This document shows, piece by piece, positions 53,904-63,291 of a stretch of DNA of 64,000 nucleotides. The notes beneath the pieces were generated by a model. It did no database searches, had not been told where the DNA came from, and was given only the letters and a program-made list of their open reading frames with translations. Source of the DNA: Patescibacteria group bacterium (GTDB lineage Bacteria > Patescibacteriota > Gracilibacteria > JAHISY01); NCBI GenBank assembly GCA_043812055.1, contig JBDRMN010000058.1, positions 184 through 64,183 of the forward strand, in the 5' to 3' direction. Positions within the stretch are counted from its first letter, which is position 1. Every line of letters begins with the position of its first letter. The position numbers and the translations under genes are program-made.

Positions 53904-54965
53904 GTGCTTGAAAACCTAGCCTTCATTATCTCCTTCGGTGCGCTCTCCTTCACGGTAGCGATGCTATTCGCCCCGGCTTTTATCAAATTCCTGCGCGACA
54001 ATCGTTTCGGCCAGCAAATCCGTGATACTTCGGTAGATGGGAAGGATTCCCCGGTCTTTCGTTCTCTACACCTCGGCAAATCCGGCACCCCTACGATGGG
54101 CGGAGTTCTGATCTGGGGCACGGTGATCACGATGGTACTGATTTCTTTTATTCCGCAAAAACTGGGCTTCACTACGCACTCACTCTGGAACCGCGCCGAA
54201 ACCTACATCCCTCTCTTTACCCTGGTCGCGGCCGGGCTCCTCGGAATGCTGGATGACTGGTTCAATATCCGCGGAGTCGGTAAACAAAAAGGTTTACGGG
54301 TTCGTCCAAAATTGATTTGGCTGACTGCTTTTGCTGCGGTAGGGGCTTGGTGGTTTTTCGCTAAACTCGGCTGTCTCGATGGCATTGCCGACGCTTGTTT
54401 TATTCACCTACCCCGCCTTGGTGATTTCGACATCGGACTTTGGTATCTTCCGCTCTTTGTCCTGGTAATTCTCTCTTCGGCCAACGCCGTGAATATTACT
54501 GACGGTCTGGATGGACTGGCGGGAGGCTTGCTGGCAATTGCTTTCGGCTCATTTGCCGTGATTGCTTTTTTCAAGGGGCTCTTTTTGCTCGCAACCCTCT
54601 GTGTCGCCATTGTCGGCGCGCTGATCGCTTTCCTCTGGTGGAATGTGCCCCCCGCCAAATTCTTCATGGGTGACACCGGCAGCTATTCTCTGGGAGCCAC
54701 ACTCGGTGTGATTGCGATGCTTACAGATTCCGTCGTGCCCTTTTTCTTCATCGCTGCGGTTTTCATCTTTGAAACTCTCTCCGTGATTATTCAACTCGCT
54801 AGCAAAAAATTCTTCGGCCGCAAAGTTTTCCGTATCGCCCCCCTGCACCACCACTTCGAAAAACTCGGCTGGCCCGAGCATCAGATTGTCATGCGTTTCT
54901 GGCTCATCGGTGGAGTCTTTGCCAGTCTGGGACTAGTGCTAGGAATTGTAGGGATGGGCAATTAG
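53904..54965 (+). CDS. mraY: Phospho-N-acetylmuramoyl-pentapeptide transferase
   Basis: MLDDWFNI, NAVNITDGLDGLAGG and APLHHHFE. GTG start. Confidence 0.92.
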   Translation: MLENLAFIISFGALSFTVAMLFAPAFIKFLRDNRFGQQIRDTSVDGKDSPVFRSLHLGKSGTPTMGGVLIWGTVITMVLISFIPQKLGFTTHSLWNRAETYIPLFTLVAAGLLGMLDDWFNIRGVGKQKGLRVRPKLIWLTAFAAVGAWWFFAKLGCLDGIADACFIHLPRLGDFDIGLWYLPLFVLVILSSANAVNITDGLDGLAGGLLAIAFGSFAVIAFFKGLFLLATLCVAIVGALIAFLWWNVPPAKFFMGDTGSYSLGATLGVIAMLTDSVVPFFFIAAVFIFETLSVIIQLASKKFFGRKVFRIAPLHHHFEKLGWPEHQIVMRFWLIGGVFASLGLVLGIVGMGN

Positions 54966-55075
54966 TTACCAGTTGCGAGTTGCGAGTTACCAGCATCAAG
55001 AACTAGGCCAACTAGATCAGCTCCTGGTAACTGGGATCTGGTAACCCCGAAGGGGCCCCTTAGGGGCTGGCAACT
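54965..55075. repeat. Inverted word arrays (GTTACCAGTTGCGAG... / ...CTGGTAACTGGGATCTGGTAAC ... CTGGCAACTC) plus the mini-hairpins CCCCGAAGGGG and CCCCTTAGGGG
   Basis: Read directly. Lies between the convergent genes mraY and virB4. Confidence 0.8.
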
Positions 55076-55204
55076 CAATCCTAAACAGAAATCCTCTTCT
55101 GAATTCGGCTATAACGCGCAAGCATCTTTTTATAGTTTTCCCGCAGAGTTTTTTCGTGCTCCGCAATCTGCTTCTTGAGTTGGCGCGCGATAGGTGTGTA
55201 GTCC

Positions 55205-58033
55205 TTATTCACTTTTGTTCTTAAAACCCTTGGTCTGCGCTTCTCGCTGGGCGAGCACTTCCTCAGGGTTGGTAGTGACAATTTGATTTTCCGAATAGCT
55301 CGCAATTACCTGAATCGCCACGTGCTTGTTGTCCGCGAAGAAAAGTCCCTGCCCCATTCCGGAATTCAGCAACATGTATTTCTCTCCGTCAGTGAGGTTG
55401 AAGGTTTTTTGCAGAACATCCATCGAGCTCGGCGCCTGTTTGAGCAGCAGTTGCATCGAGGAGTTGGTCACGATCGGACGACCGTAAGAGCTACCGAGGA
55501 AGTCCTCCACGTCTTGCGTGATTGCCGTAATCCCAAGGTAATACTTGCGAGCCCGCTTTACCAGACCAAAAAGGAATTTGGCAGCATCCTCGTGCTGCAT
55601 CAAAATCCAGGCCTCGTCGACCACGAGCAGGCGTTTCTTCATTTCGCTGCGGACCCGATTCCAGATGTAGTTCAGAATGATGAACATTGCGGTTGGTCGC
55701 AATTCGTCTTCGAGATCACGGATGCAGAAGACCACGACTCCCGAATTCAGATCCACGTTTGTTTCCTTGTTAAAAATTCCCCCAAAAGTTCCGCTCGTGT
55801 ATTTCTGCAAACGTTGGGCAAGATCTTCCGCCCCTTTCGTCGAGCTGAGTACCGAGTGGAAGTCTTCCATCGTCGGCATCGCGACTGAGTTGGGATCCTC
55901 TACTTTCATCGTAATTCCCTTGACCGCGTAAGTATCGATCAAGGCTTTATCGATCAGCGCTTCTTCAGTTGAAGTCATCTTCCCGAGCATCAGCTTCATC
56001 AGGGCAGTGAGGGTAATGACGTTCTCGCGCAAGAGGTCTCCTGGTTTGAGATCATCACCCTCGAAAGGTTTGGGCAAGTCGAAAGGATTGATACGCTGAT
56101 TTGAGTTGAGGGAGACTTGCAAATAGGTTCCGCCCATGGTTTCACAAAGCGCTTCATATTCGTTCTCCGGATCGATCACAATCATGTCCGTGCCAAACAT
56201 CGCTTGGCGTAAAATCTCGAGCTTCACTGCATACGACTTTCCTGCTCCCGAACTCGCAAACACACAGGAATTGGCATTCGGCAAAGCAAAACGGTCAAAG
56301 ATGATGAGTGAATTATTGTGACGATTGAGCCCGTAGAGAATTCCTTCATCCGTTGCCAGTGTCGAGCTCACGAACGGGAAGGTCGTCGAAAGTGGTGAGG
56401 TATTCATATTGCGGTGCACCTCCAGCTCATCCACGCAGATTGGCAGAGTGGAATTAAACGCATGCTCACCCTGGATGTCAGCCCGTTTCGTGAGGACAAG
56501 CTTCCCACCCAGCTGATTCTCGAGCATCTTGGTCGTTGCTTCGAGCTTTTTGAGATCGTCCGCGTAAACCGTGAAATAAAAACCAAACTGGAAGAACTTC
56601 TCCTGACCACGCTGGAGATCAGTCCGTAGTTGTTCCGCGTCCTCAAGTGCAGTCTCGAGCACCGGATCACGCACATTCCCCTTTTCGCGCTGCATGGTGA
56701 TAGAGCTCTGGATCTGCGCTACTTTCTTTTTCAGTATGTGCATAATTTCATCCGAGGAAATCGGATAGATAAATTGCGCCATGTCAACCGTCGCGTCGAA
56801 ATTAATCACCGGACTAAGCCAGTTGGTCTCGAGGAAACGCGGATAGGCGTAAACAAAGAAGCTCCGCATGTAGACACCCGAGAGATTGAGATGATCGTAG
56901 TGAATCTCGAGTGAACTCGGTGAAATCAGGTCCTTCACGCTAGCCAGACCTTGCTGATAAATTCGTTCCGCTTCCACAAACTTTTTCTGTTCAGGGTTCT
57001 TGGTGACTGACTGGCCTGGAGTCGGATAGACAGTTTGCTTAGCCTTTTCGAAGATTTTTCTCAAAAAAGAACCAGTCGCTTTTTGGTTGTGATTGAGATA
57101 CTGCTCAGTAGCAGTTTGGTCTCCGGTCACTTGTGGCTTTCCGGGATTGGCCGGTACTGGTTTCGCAGACACAGCTTTGGTGGCTGCGAAAGTTGGCAGT
57201 TCCTTCGCGCCTGGATTGGCAGCTGAGATTTGTCTGATCGAGACCGCCTGCTTGGACTGAGTAGTTGTGGCAGTGACAGGAGACCCGCTTCGTGGGGCCC
57301 CTTTTGCGGCAACTGCTTGCTGTTTCCGCACTGCGATTGCCGGGCTCTGGGCCGCCAGTTTCGACACAGGCTGCGCATTGCTGGCTGCCTCAATTTCAGC
57401 TGCGGTTTTATTGCGAATGGTTTTTGTGACTACTTTGGCTGCTGTTTGCTTGGGCACCTGAGCCACTTCGGTAACTTCGTTAGGAAGCGGTTTGAAAACT
57501 GTTCCGATTGGGGTCGTTTTTATCTGTTTCTGTTTGCTGGCTGCCTCAATTTCTGCCACAGTTTTGGTCTTAATTACAGTTGCATCTGCAGATTTTAAAT
57601 TCGCTGCAGCCTGTTTTTGGGGAACTGGCGAAAAGCCCTGCTTAGGAGCAGAGACAGCTGCCGGGCTCTGGGCTGCCAGTTTCGACGCAGACTGCGCATT
57701 GCTGGCTGCCTCAATTTCAGCCGTGGTTTTATTGCGAATGGTTTTTGTGACTGCTGCTGCTTGCTTGGGCACCTGAGCCACCTTGGCAACTTCGTTGGGA
57801 AGCGGCTTGAAAGTTACTTCAACTGTGGCCGTTCTTGTCTGCTTCTGTTTGCTCGCTGCCTCGATTTCCGCCGCAGTTTTAACCTTGATTGCGTTTGCGT
57901 TTACAGATTTCACACTTGCTGCAGTCTGTTTTTGAGGAACTGGCGAAGAGCCCTGCTTGGAAGCAGGTACAACTGCCGGAGATGCAGACTGGGCAGTATT
58001 GCGCGGATCGGTCACGGGAGAGTTTTCCGCCAT
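55205..58033 (-). CDS. virB4: VirB4/TrbE-family type IV secretion ATPase with a repetitive N-terminal extension
   Basis: Walker A region CVFASSGAGKSYAV, Walker B LLVVDEAW and ITQDVEDF. The first ~320 aa are Ala/Lys/Gln-rich repeats. Confidence 0.8.
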   Translation of the reverse strand: MAENSPVTDPRNTAQSASPAVVPASKQGSSPVPQKQTAASVKSVNANAIKVKTAAEIEAASKQKQTRTATVEVTFKPLPNEVAKVAQVPKQAAAVTKTIRNKTTAEIEAASNAQSASKLAAQSPAAVSAPKQGFSPVPQKQAAANLKSADATVIKTKTVAEIEAASKQKQIKTTPIGTVFKPLPNEVTEVAQVPKQTAAKVVTKTIRNKTAAEIEAASNAQPVSKLAAQSPAIAVRKQQAVAAKGAPRSGSPVTATTTQSKQAVSIRQISAANPGAKELPTFAATKAVSAKPVPANPGKPQVTGDQTATEQYLNHNQKATGSFLRKIFEKAKQTVYPTPGQSVTKNPEQKKFVEAERIYQQGLASVKDLISPSSLEIHYDHLNLSGVYMRSFFVYAYPRFLETNWLSPVINFDATVDMAQFIYPISSDEIMHILKKKVAQIQSSITMQREKGNVRDPVLETALEDAEQLRTDLQRGQEKFFQFGFYFTVYADDLKKLEATTKMLENQLGGKLVLTKRADIQGEHAFNSTLPICVDELEVHRNMNTSPLSTTFPFVSSTLATDEGILYGLNRHNNSLIIFDRFALPNANSCVFASSGAGKSYAVKLEILRQAMFGTDMIVIDPENEYEALCETMGGTYLQVSLNSNQRINPFDLPKPFEGDDLKPGDLLRENVITLTALMKLMLGKMTSTEEALIDKALIDTYAVKGITMKVEDPNSVAMPTMEDFHSVLSSTKGAEDLAQRLQKYTSGTFGGIFNKETNVDLNSGVVVFCIRDLEDELRPTAMFIILNYIWNRVRSEMKKRLLVVDEAWILMQHEDAAKFLFGLVKRARKYYLGITAITQDVEDFLGSSYGRPIVTNSSMQLLLKQAPSSMDVLQKTFNLTDGEKYMLLNSGMGQGLFFADNKHVAIQVIASYSENQIVTTNPEEVLAQREAQTKGFKNKSE
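57329..57994 (-). repeat. Tandem coding repeat, about 2.1 copies of about 318 bp (105-107 aa)
   Basis: Residues 14-112 and 113-219 align (KQG.SPVPQKQ...KT.AEIEAASKQKQ...FKPLPNEV..VAQVPKQ...TKTIRNKT.AEIEAASNAQ). Confidence 0.85.
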
Positions 58034-58138
58034 TAAATAATTTGGTATTTGGATTTAATTTATCGTCTTATTTTAACAAAAAAGGGCTTAAAAAGCAAGC
58101 ATTCTCCCTTTAAAAATGTTAGAATTTGCGTCGATTTT

Positions 58139-59044
58139 ATGACCAAGACTATTACAGTTCGTTGGCATTCCCGCGCCGGTCAAGGTGCGATAACAGCTGC
58201 CACGGCCCTGGCCGAAATACTGGGAAAACACGGAAAACAAGTGCAGAGTTTTCCTGATTTTGGAGCGGAAAAACGCGGTGCTCCCGTGGTAGTTTTTAAC
58301 CGAATCTCTGAAGAAAGAGTCGCGGACGTGAGTCACCCGCGGGAAGTTGATGCGGTTGTTTTGCTAGATCCAACTCTCGTAACCAGCTGTGAAATTGCCA
58401 GTAGTGAACTGCTCGCTGGTCTCTCGGCACAAGGAAAGTTGCTGGTAAACACTGCTCAGAAGTCGCTAAAACTTCCTACCAAGGCAGAAGTCTTTTCGGT
58501 TGACGCGAGCGCAATCACGGTCAAAGAAATTGGCAAAGACATCCCGAATGTGCCGATTTTGGGAGCGCTGGTAAACATCTTGAAACTGGCGAGTGCTGCT
58601 GGCTTTGCAAAAGATCTCGAACAATACCTTGCCGCTCATCTGCCTCCGGGAATTGTAAAAGGAAACTTGCACGCGTTTCAGCGTGGCTTTCAAGAAGTCC
58701 GGAAGATCACGACAGCGCAGTCAGCTAAGAACGAAAAAGTTTGCCAAAAGCTTCCTGGCTGGCAGCAAACCCCGCTCGCAGGAACGATCAAAGATTCTGG
58801 TAATTCGAAAGAATATGACACCGGGAACTGGAGCCAGCAAACCTGCGAGTGGAACCAACAAACCTGCATCAACTGCAACCTCTGCTGGCCGGTCTGTCCC
58901 CACGATGCGATTAAGATTGACCCGCAGGGAGAGATGAACGGTGTGGCTGCGGACAAATGCACCGCCTGCGCACTCTGTGTCGGCGCCTGCCCCACCAAGC
59001 CAAACAGTCTGAAAATTGTTTCTAAGAAAAACTCGGAAATCTGA
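58139..59044 (+). CDS. Pyruvate:ferredoxin oxidoreductase gamma-delta fusion subunit
   Basis: The gamma part shows RWHSRAGQGAITAA. The delta part has two 4Fe-4S motifs, CINCNLCWPVCP and CTACALCVGACP. Start at the internal ATG. Confidence 0.8.
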   Translation: MTKTITVRWHSRAGQGAITAATALAEILGKHGKQVQSFPDFGAEKRGAPVVVFNRISEERVADVSHPREVDAVVLLDPTLVTSCEIASSELLAGLSAQGKLLVNTAQKSLKLPTKAEVFSVDASAITVKEIGKDIPNVPILGALVNILKLASAAGFAKDLEQYLAAHLPPGIVKGNLHAFQRGFQEVRKITTAQSAKNEKVCQKLPGWQQTPLAGTIKDSGNSKEYDTGNWSQQTCEWNQQTCINCNLCWPVCPHDAIKIDPQGEMNGVAADKCTACALCVGACPTKPNSLKIVSKKNSEI

Positions 59045-59229
59045 CGATTTCAATTTCCAATTTCTAAACAATTTCCAATTTACCAATTTATTAATTTTCC
59101 AAACTCGCCTATTTAAAAATAAATCTACATCTATAGCTGGTTTAAAAAATTAAAGCATTGAAATATTAAAAATTGTTTTAAAACTTAAAACTTAAAATTT
59201 AAAATTACATCGCCTTAAGTAAATAAGTC

Positions 59230-60408
59230 GTGTCACCAAACACCACACATCGCGTCCTAACGGGTAATGAAGCCGTCGCCCATGCGATGAAGCAGATCAA
59301 TCCTGATGTAGTCGCGGCGTATCCGATCACACCGTCGACGACGATTCCGGAGAAGTTCTCGGAATTTGTCGCCAACGGTGAAGTTGAGACTGAATTCGTC
59401 CCTGTCGAGAGCGAACACTCGGCGCTGTCCGCCTGTATCGGCACAGCTGCTAGTGGCGCCCGCGCAATGACTGCCACCGCCAGCCAAGGTTTGGCTTTAA
59501 TGCACGAAGTGCTTTTCAACGCGAGTGGCTTGCGTTTACCAATCGTGTTAGCAAACGCGAATCGCGCGCTTTCTTCTCCGCTTTCGATTCACGGCGATCA
59601 CGGGGATAGCATGAGTGAGCGTGATACTGGCTGGATTCAGCTCTTCGCGGACTCCCCCCAGGAGGTCTATGACCTGATGGTCCAAAGTTTTCCGATTGCG
59701 GAGAATGAAAAAGTACGCACACCCGTGATGGTCTGTTTCGACGGTTTCGAAACGAGTCATCTAACGACCAACGTGGAAATTTTGAAAGATACGGACGTGC
59801 AGAAATTCATCGGTAAACCAAAAGCTGCTGATTCCCTTTTTGATTTTGAGAATCCGAAAACTTTTGGCGCTTATGCCAATCCCGAATACTTTTTCGAAAT
59901 TCGCCGCGGTCAGCATGAAGGCCTGGAGAATTCACGGAAGACAATCACCGCTGTCGGTAAACAATTCGAGAAAATTTCGAAACGTGACTATGGTAGCCAT
60001 CTGGAAGAGTTCGAAACGCAAGGTGCGGAAATCATCGTCGTGATCATAGGCTCGGCAGTTGGAGCTGTAAAGAAGGCTGTGCAGAAACTGCGGAACCAGG
60101 GCAAAAAAGTTGGGCTGGTCCGCGTCCGAACCTTCCGCCCCTTCCCGGCCGAGGAGATTGGGAAAGCCCTGAAGGGTGCCAAAAATGTTGCCATTCTTGA
60201 CCGCACGATGCCGAGCGGTGCCTTCGGTGGTCCGCTTTTCAACGAGATTAATTCAGCTCTCCATTCTGGAAACTGGAAACTGGAAACTCGCAACTTCGTT
60301 TACGGAATTGGTCAGCGACAGTTCTCCCCGGCCGACGCCGAAGCAGTTTTCCAAAAAACGGCGAGCGGCAAGGCGGAAAAAATTAACTTCGTAAATTTGA
60401 GAGCATGA
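59230..60408 (+). CDS. porA: Pyruvate:ferredoxin oxidoreductase alpha subunit
   Basis: LTGNEAVAHAM...VAAYPITPST...ESEHSA. GTG start. Confidence 0.88.
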   Translation: MSPNTTHRVLTGNEAVAHAMKQINPDVVAAYPITPSTTIPEKFSEFVANGEVETEFVPVESEHSALSACIGTAASGARAMTATASQGLALMHEVLFNASGLRLPIVLANANRALSSPLSIHGDHGDSMSERDTGWIQLFADSPQEVYDLMVQSFPIAENEKVRTPVMVCFDGFETSHLTTNVEILKDTDVQKFIGKPKAADSLFDFENPKTFGAYANPEYFFEIRRGQHEGLENSRKTITAVGKQFEKISKRDYGSHLEEFETQGAEIIVVIIGSAVGAVKKAVQKLRNQGKKVGLVRVRTFRPFPAEEIGKALKGAKNVAILDRTMPSGAFGGPLFNEINSALHSGNWKLETRNFVYGIGQRQFSPADAEAVFQKTASGKAEKINFVNLRA

Positions 60409-60737
60409 TCGCTTACTTAAACATTTTCGCCGCCACCACACTTTTCGTTATTGGTAATTTTCTTTTCAAATCGTGGGCTCTGCGCGACAAGTTGTGGTTG
60501 CTCCTGCTGGGCATCGCCCTCTTCGCGATTGGCAACGCCATCCGCGCCTTCGCGATCAAACAAACCTCACTCTCTGTCGTAATTCCACTCGTGCTTCTCG
60601 TTAACATGGTTGCCGGATTGCTCATCGCCTACTTTTACTTCCACGAGAAACTCAGCACCGTGCAGTACGTCGGCGTCGCCTTCGCCATTGTGTCCATCAT
60701 CCTGATCGCCTTCCCTTTTTCTGCCCTGGCAAAATGA
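60405..60737 (+). CDS. Small 4-TM membrane protein (SMR/EamA-like) embedded in the por operon
   Basis: 110 aa and hydrophobic. There is no Glu in TM1, so it is not a classical EmrE. Its ATG overlaps the porA TGA as ATGA. Confidence 0.5.
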   Translation: MIAYLNIFAATTLFVIGNFLFKSWALRDKLWLLLLGIALFAIGNAIRAFAIKQTSLSVVIPLVLLVNMVAGLLIAYFYFHEKLSTVQYVGVAFAIVSIILIAFPFSALAK

Positions 60738-60937
60738 ATTTCATTGCCAAAATCAAATCTGTAAACCTATGTGAACAATTCTTTAAATCATTGAAAATTA
60801 AAACATTTCCGCCAGAGGCGGATGAGCCTATGGCTCAAAAAATTATTTACTTGTCCTCCGTAGCCCGGAGGGCGAAGGATGGAGAAATTAGAAATTTAAA
60901 ATTAGAAATTCCAACCAAGCATTATTTCAAAAACTGA
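60734..60937 (+). CDS. Doubtful 67-codon ORF spanning repeat filler between the membrane-protein gene and porB
   Basis: It has start/stop overlaps on both sides (ATGA, TGATG). However, its sequence consists of hairpin units (60808-60822, 60824-60836, 60851-60884) and AGAAATT words. Confidence 0.2.
   Translation: MNFIAKIKSVNLCEQFFKSLKIKTFPPEADEPMAQKIIYLSSVARRAKDGEIRNLKLEIPTKHYFKN
60851..60884 (+). repeat. Type-B hairpin unit
   Basis: TTGTCCTCCGTAGCCCGGAGGGCGAAGGATGGAG. Confidence 0.75.
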
Positions 60938-61881
60938 TGACCAACTTTGTTCCAAATCTCAAAACTATAACTAAGAACCCACAAAGGTTGGCGGGGGGCC
61001 ATCGTCTGTGCCCCGGTTGCGGGATTGGATCAATCGTGAAGCAAGTCCTGACTGTCACCACAGACCCAATCGTCGTAGTAACTGCGACTGGATGCCTGGA
61101 GATCTGTACCAGTCCTTATCCCCAGACTAGCTGGCGCACTCCGTGGATTCATTCGCTTTTCGAAAACACTGCTGCTGTTGCGAGTGGTATCGATGCGGCC
61201 CGCAAATCCCTAGAACGCAAGGGTCGGCTTTCTGCCAAACAGGAGAAACTAAAGATTGTCGCTTTCGCCGGTGACGGTGGAACCTACGATATCGGCCTGC
61301 AGGCTCTGAGTGGTGCCATCGAACGTGGCCATGACTTTACTTTCGTGTGTTTAGACAACGAGGGCTACATGAATACCGGCTACCAGCGTTCGAGCGCCTC
61401 ACCGTTCGGAGCGGCTACCACGACTTCGCCGGTAGGGAAGTGCATCCCCGGCAAACAGACTCAGCGCAAAGACATCACTGCCATCGTTGCCGCGCATCGG
61501 ATTCCCTACGTCGCACAAGCTACCCCGGCAAACCACACCGACCTGATGCAAAAGGCTCATAAAGCGATCAATACTCCTGGGCCGGCCTTTTTGAATGTCT
61601 TCTCCCCCTGCCCGACCAACTGGAAATCGGCTCCTGCAGCGGGAATGGAAATCTGCAAGGCTGCTGTCGAGACCAATTTCTGGCCACTTATTGAGGTCGA
61701 GAATGGTAAATGGAAGCTTAACTATCAGCCCAAAGAGCGACAGCTCATTGAAGAATTCTTGAAAGGCCAGAAGCGCTTCCGCCACTTGTTAAAACCAGAA
61801 AACGCCGAACTAAAAGCCGCCTTGCAGAAAGAGGTGGACGAACGCTGGGCTGAGCTTTGTAAACTAGCCGAAATTAGTTAA
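60937..61881 (+). CDS. porB: Pyruvate:ferredoxin oxidoreductase beta subunit (TPP-binding)
   Basis: CPGCG and GDGGTYDIG motifs. Confidence 0.88.
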   Translation: MTNFVPNLKTITKNPQRLAGGHRLCPGCGIGSIVKQVLTVTTDPIVVVTATGCLEICTSPYPQTSWRTPWIHSLFENTAAVASGIDAARKSLERKGRLSAKQEKLKIVAFAGDGGTYDIGLQALSGAIERGHDFTFVCLDNEGYMNTGYQRSSASPFGAATTTSPVGKCIPGKQTQRKDITAIVAAHRIPYVAQATPANHTDLMQKAHKAINTPGPAFLNVFSPCPTNWKSAPAAGMEICKAAVETNFWPLIEVENGKWKLNYQPKERQLIEEFLKGQKRFRHLLKPENAELKAALQKEVDERWAELCKLAEIS

Positions 61882-61939
61882 AATCCCCCAATCGCCTGTA
61901 TGTTCCTATGCCTTATACCCTATTCCCTAATCTCTAGAC

Positions 61940-62557
61940 ATGCCTAACGAAAAAAATTCCAAAGACGAACTTACCGAGGAAGATCTGACCCTGACTGGCG
62001 CCAGCACGCTCGGTGACGACGATGCTTCCCCGCAAGGCGGAGGGGGTGATGAAGACGATGACGAGGACGGCAGCGGGACTGGCGACGGTCAGCAAACCTT
62101 CGTCACTCGAGAGGGTTTGCGCAGGTTAAAAGAAGAACTCGAGCAGCTCGAAACTATAAAGCGCAAGGAAGTCGCCCAGCGTCTGAAGGAGGCGATTAGT
62201 TTCGGTGACCTGAGTGAAAACAGCGAATACGAAGACGCGAAGAATGAGCAGGCCCTGGTCGAGAATAGAATTGCCGAACTCAGGAGGAAGATCAAAACAG
62301 CCAAGATCATTACCGAAAAGAAAAGCAGTGGCAAGCTGGTGAAAATTGGCTCCACGGTGAAAATTCAAAACCTTACCGACAGAGACGAAGCGGCGACTTA
62401 CACGATCGTGGGAGCGACTGAGGCCAACCCAGCTGAGGCCAAAATTTCCAACGAAAGTCCCATCGGCGCTGCGATCATCGACCAAGAACAGGGCGCCGAA
62501 GTGACGGTACAAGCTCCAGCCGGAGAGTTGAAGTACAAGATCGTAAAAATCAGCTAG
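61940..62557 (+). CDS. greA: Transcription elongation factor GreA with about 50-aa acidic N-terminal extension
   Basis: FVTREGLRRLKEELEQL...SFGDLSENSEYEDAK, followed by the C-terminal FKBP-like domain. Confidence 0.85.
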   Translation: MPNEKNSKDELTEEDLTLTGASTLGDDDASPQGGGGDEDDDEDGSGTGDGQQTFVTREGLRRLKEELEQLETIKRKEVAQRLKEAISFGDLSENSEYEDAKNEQALVENRIAELRRKIKTAKIITEKKSSGKLVKIGSTVKIQNLTDRDEAATYTIVGATEANPAEAKISNESPIGAAIIDQEQGAEVTVQAPAGELKYKIVKIS

Positions 62558-62562
62558 GTGTT

Positions 62563-62685
62563 GTTCTAATTGTTCGAGATGTTCTAAGTGTTCTAATGCA
62601 CCGCTTCTCTTATTTGCGGAATTCAGCAACCTGCCAAAAAACAATTAGAACAAGCGAGTGGAGCGAGTGGTAGAACAATTCGAAC
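62563..62685. repeat. Inverted GTTCTAA word arrays around the central hairpin CCGC-N11-GCGG
   Basis: GTTCTAATTGTTCGAG (62563-62578) pairs with ACAATTAGAAC (62641-62651) and TAGAACAATTCGAAC (62671-62685). Confidence 0.8.
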
Positions 62686-62699
62686 GCGAGCAGCCAACC

Positions 62700-63158
62700 T
62701 CAGCTAGCTGCGAACGCTATTGCCAGCGCGTCCGCTGCATCGTCTGGTTTCGGAATTTTGTCGAGTCCGTAAATTTCCTTAACCATTTGCTGAATCTGCT
62801 TTTTGTCTGCCCGACCATAACCGGTGACTGCTTGCTTCACCTGCAAAGGGGTGAGCTCCACTATCGGCAGCTTGTAGCGAGCAACCGTAAGTAGCACCGC
62901 TCCCCGGGCCTGGGCTACCGCAAATGCGGTTTTTTGGTTTTTAAAAAAGAAGAGCGATTCGATTGCCACCAAGTCCGGCTCATGTAGAACAATTAACTCA
63001 CTCAAATTGTCCGCGATCTCGACCAGGCGAGAGTCCAGAGAAGTCTTGGCCCGGGTTGTAATCGCTCCAAAATCAATTGCCTGCAATTCTCCGTTTACTT
63101 TTTCCACCACGGCAAAACCAGTCGTCGCCGTACCGGGATCGAGACCAAGTATTTTCAT
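62700..63158 (-). CDS. ruvC: Holliday junction resolvase RuvC
   Basis: MKILGLDPGTATTGFAVV and the catalytic-acid pattern including C-terminal DDAADALAIA. Confidence 0.9.
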   Translation of the reverse strand: MKILGLDPGTATTGFAVVEKVNGELQAIDFGAITTRAKTSLDSRLVEIADNLSELIVLHEPDLVAIESLFFFKNQKTAFAVAQARGAVLLTVARYKLPIVELTPLQVKQAVTGYGRADKKQIQQMVKEIYGLDKIPKPDDAADALAIAFAAS

Positions 63159-63291
63159 TTAGGGGGTTGGGCAAATCGAGTTAATAATTTGAATTGTAGA
63201 AAACTCAAATCTAAGAACTAAAGTCAAAAAGAAGTTTGTTTTATTCTATCCCACCCTTCAGGGGGTTGGATAAGATAGTCTATCCCACCAC

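Noticed and set aside
55081-55305. 74-aa ORF overlapping the 3' end of virB4
   Set aside because: Its first 33 codons overlap virB4 in another frame. The non-overlapping remainder has no plausible start, and the region belongs to the convergent-terminator word array.
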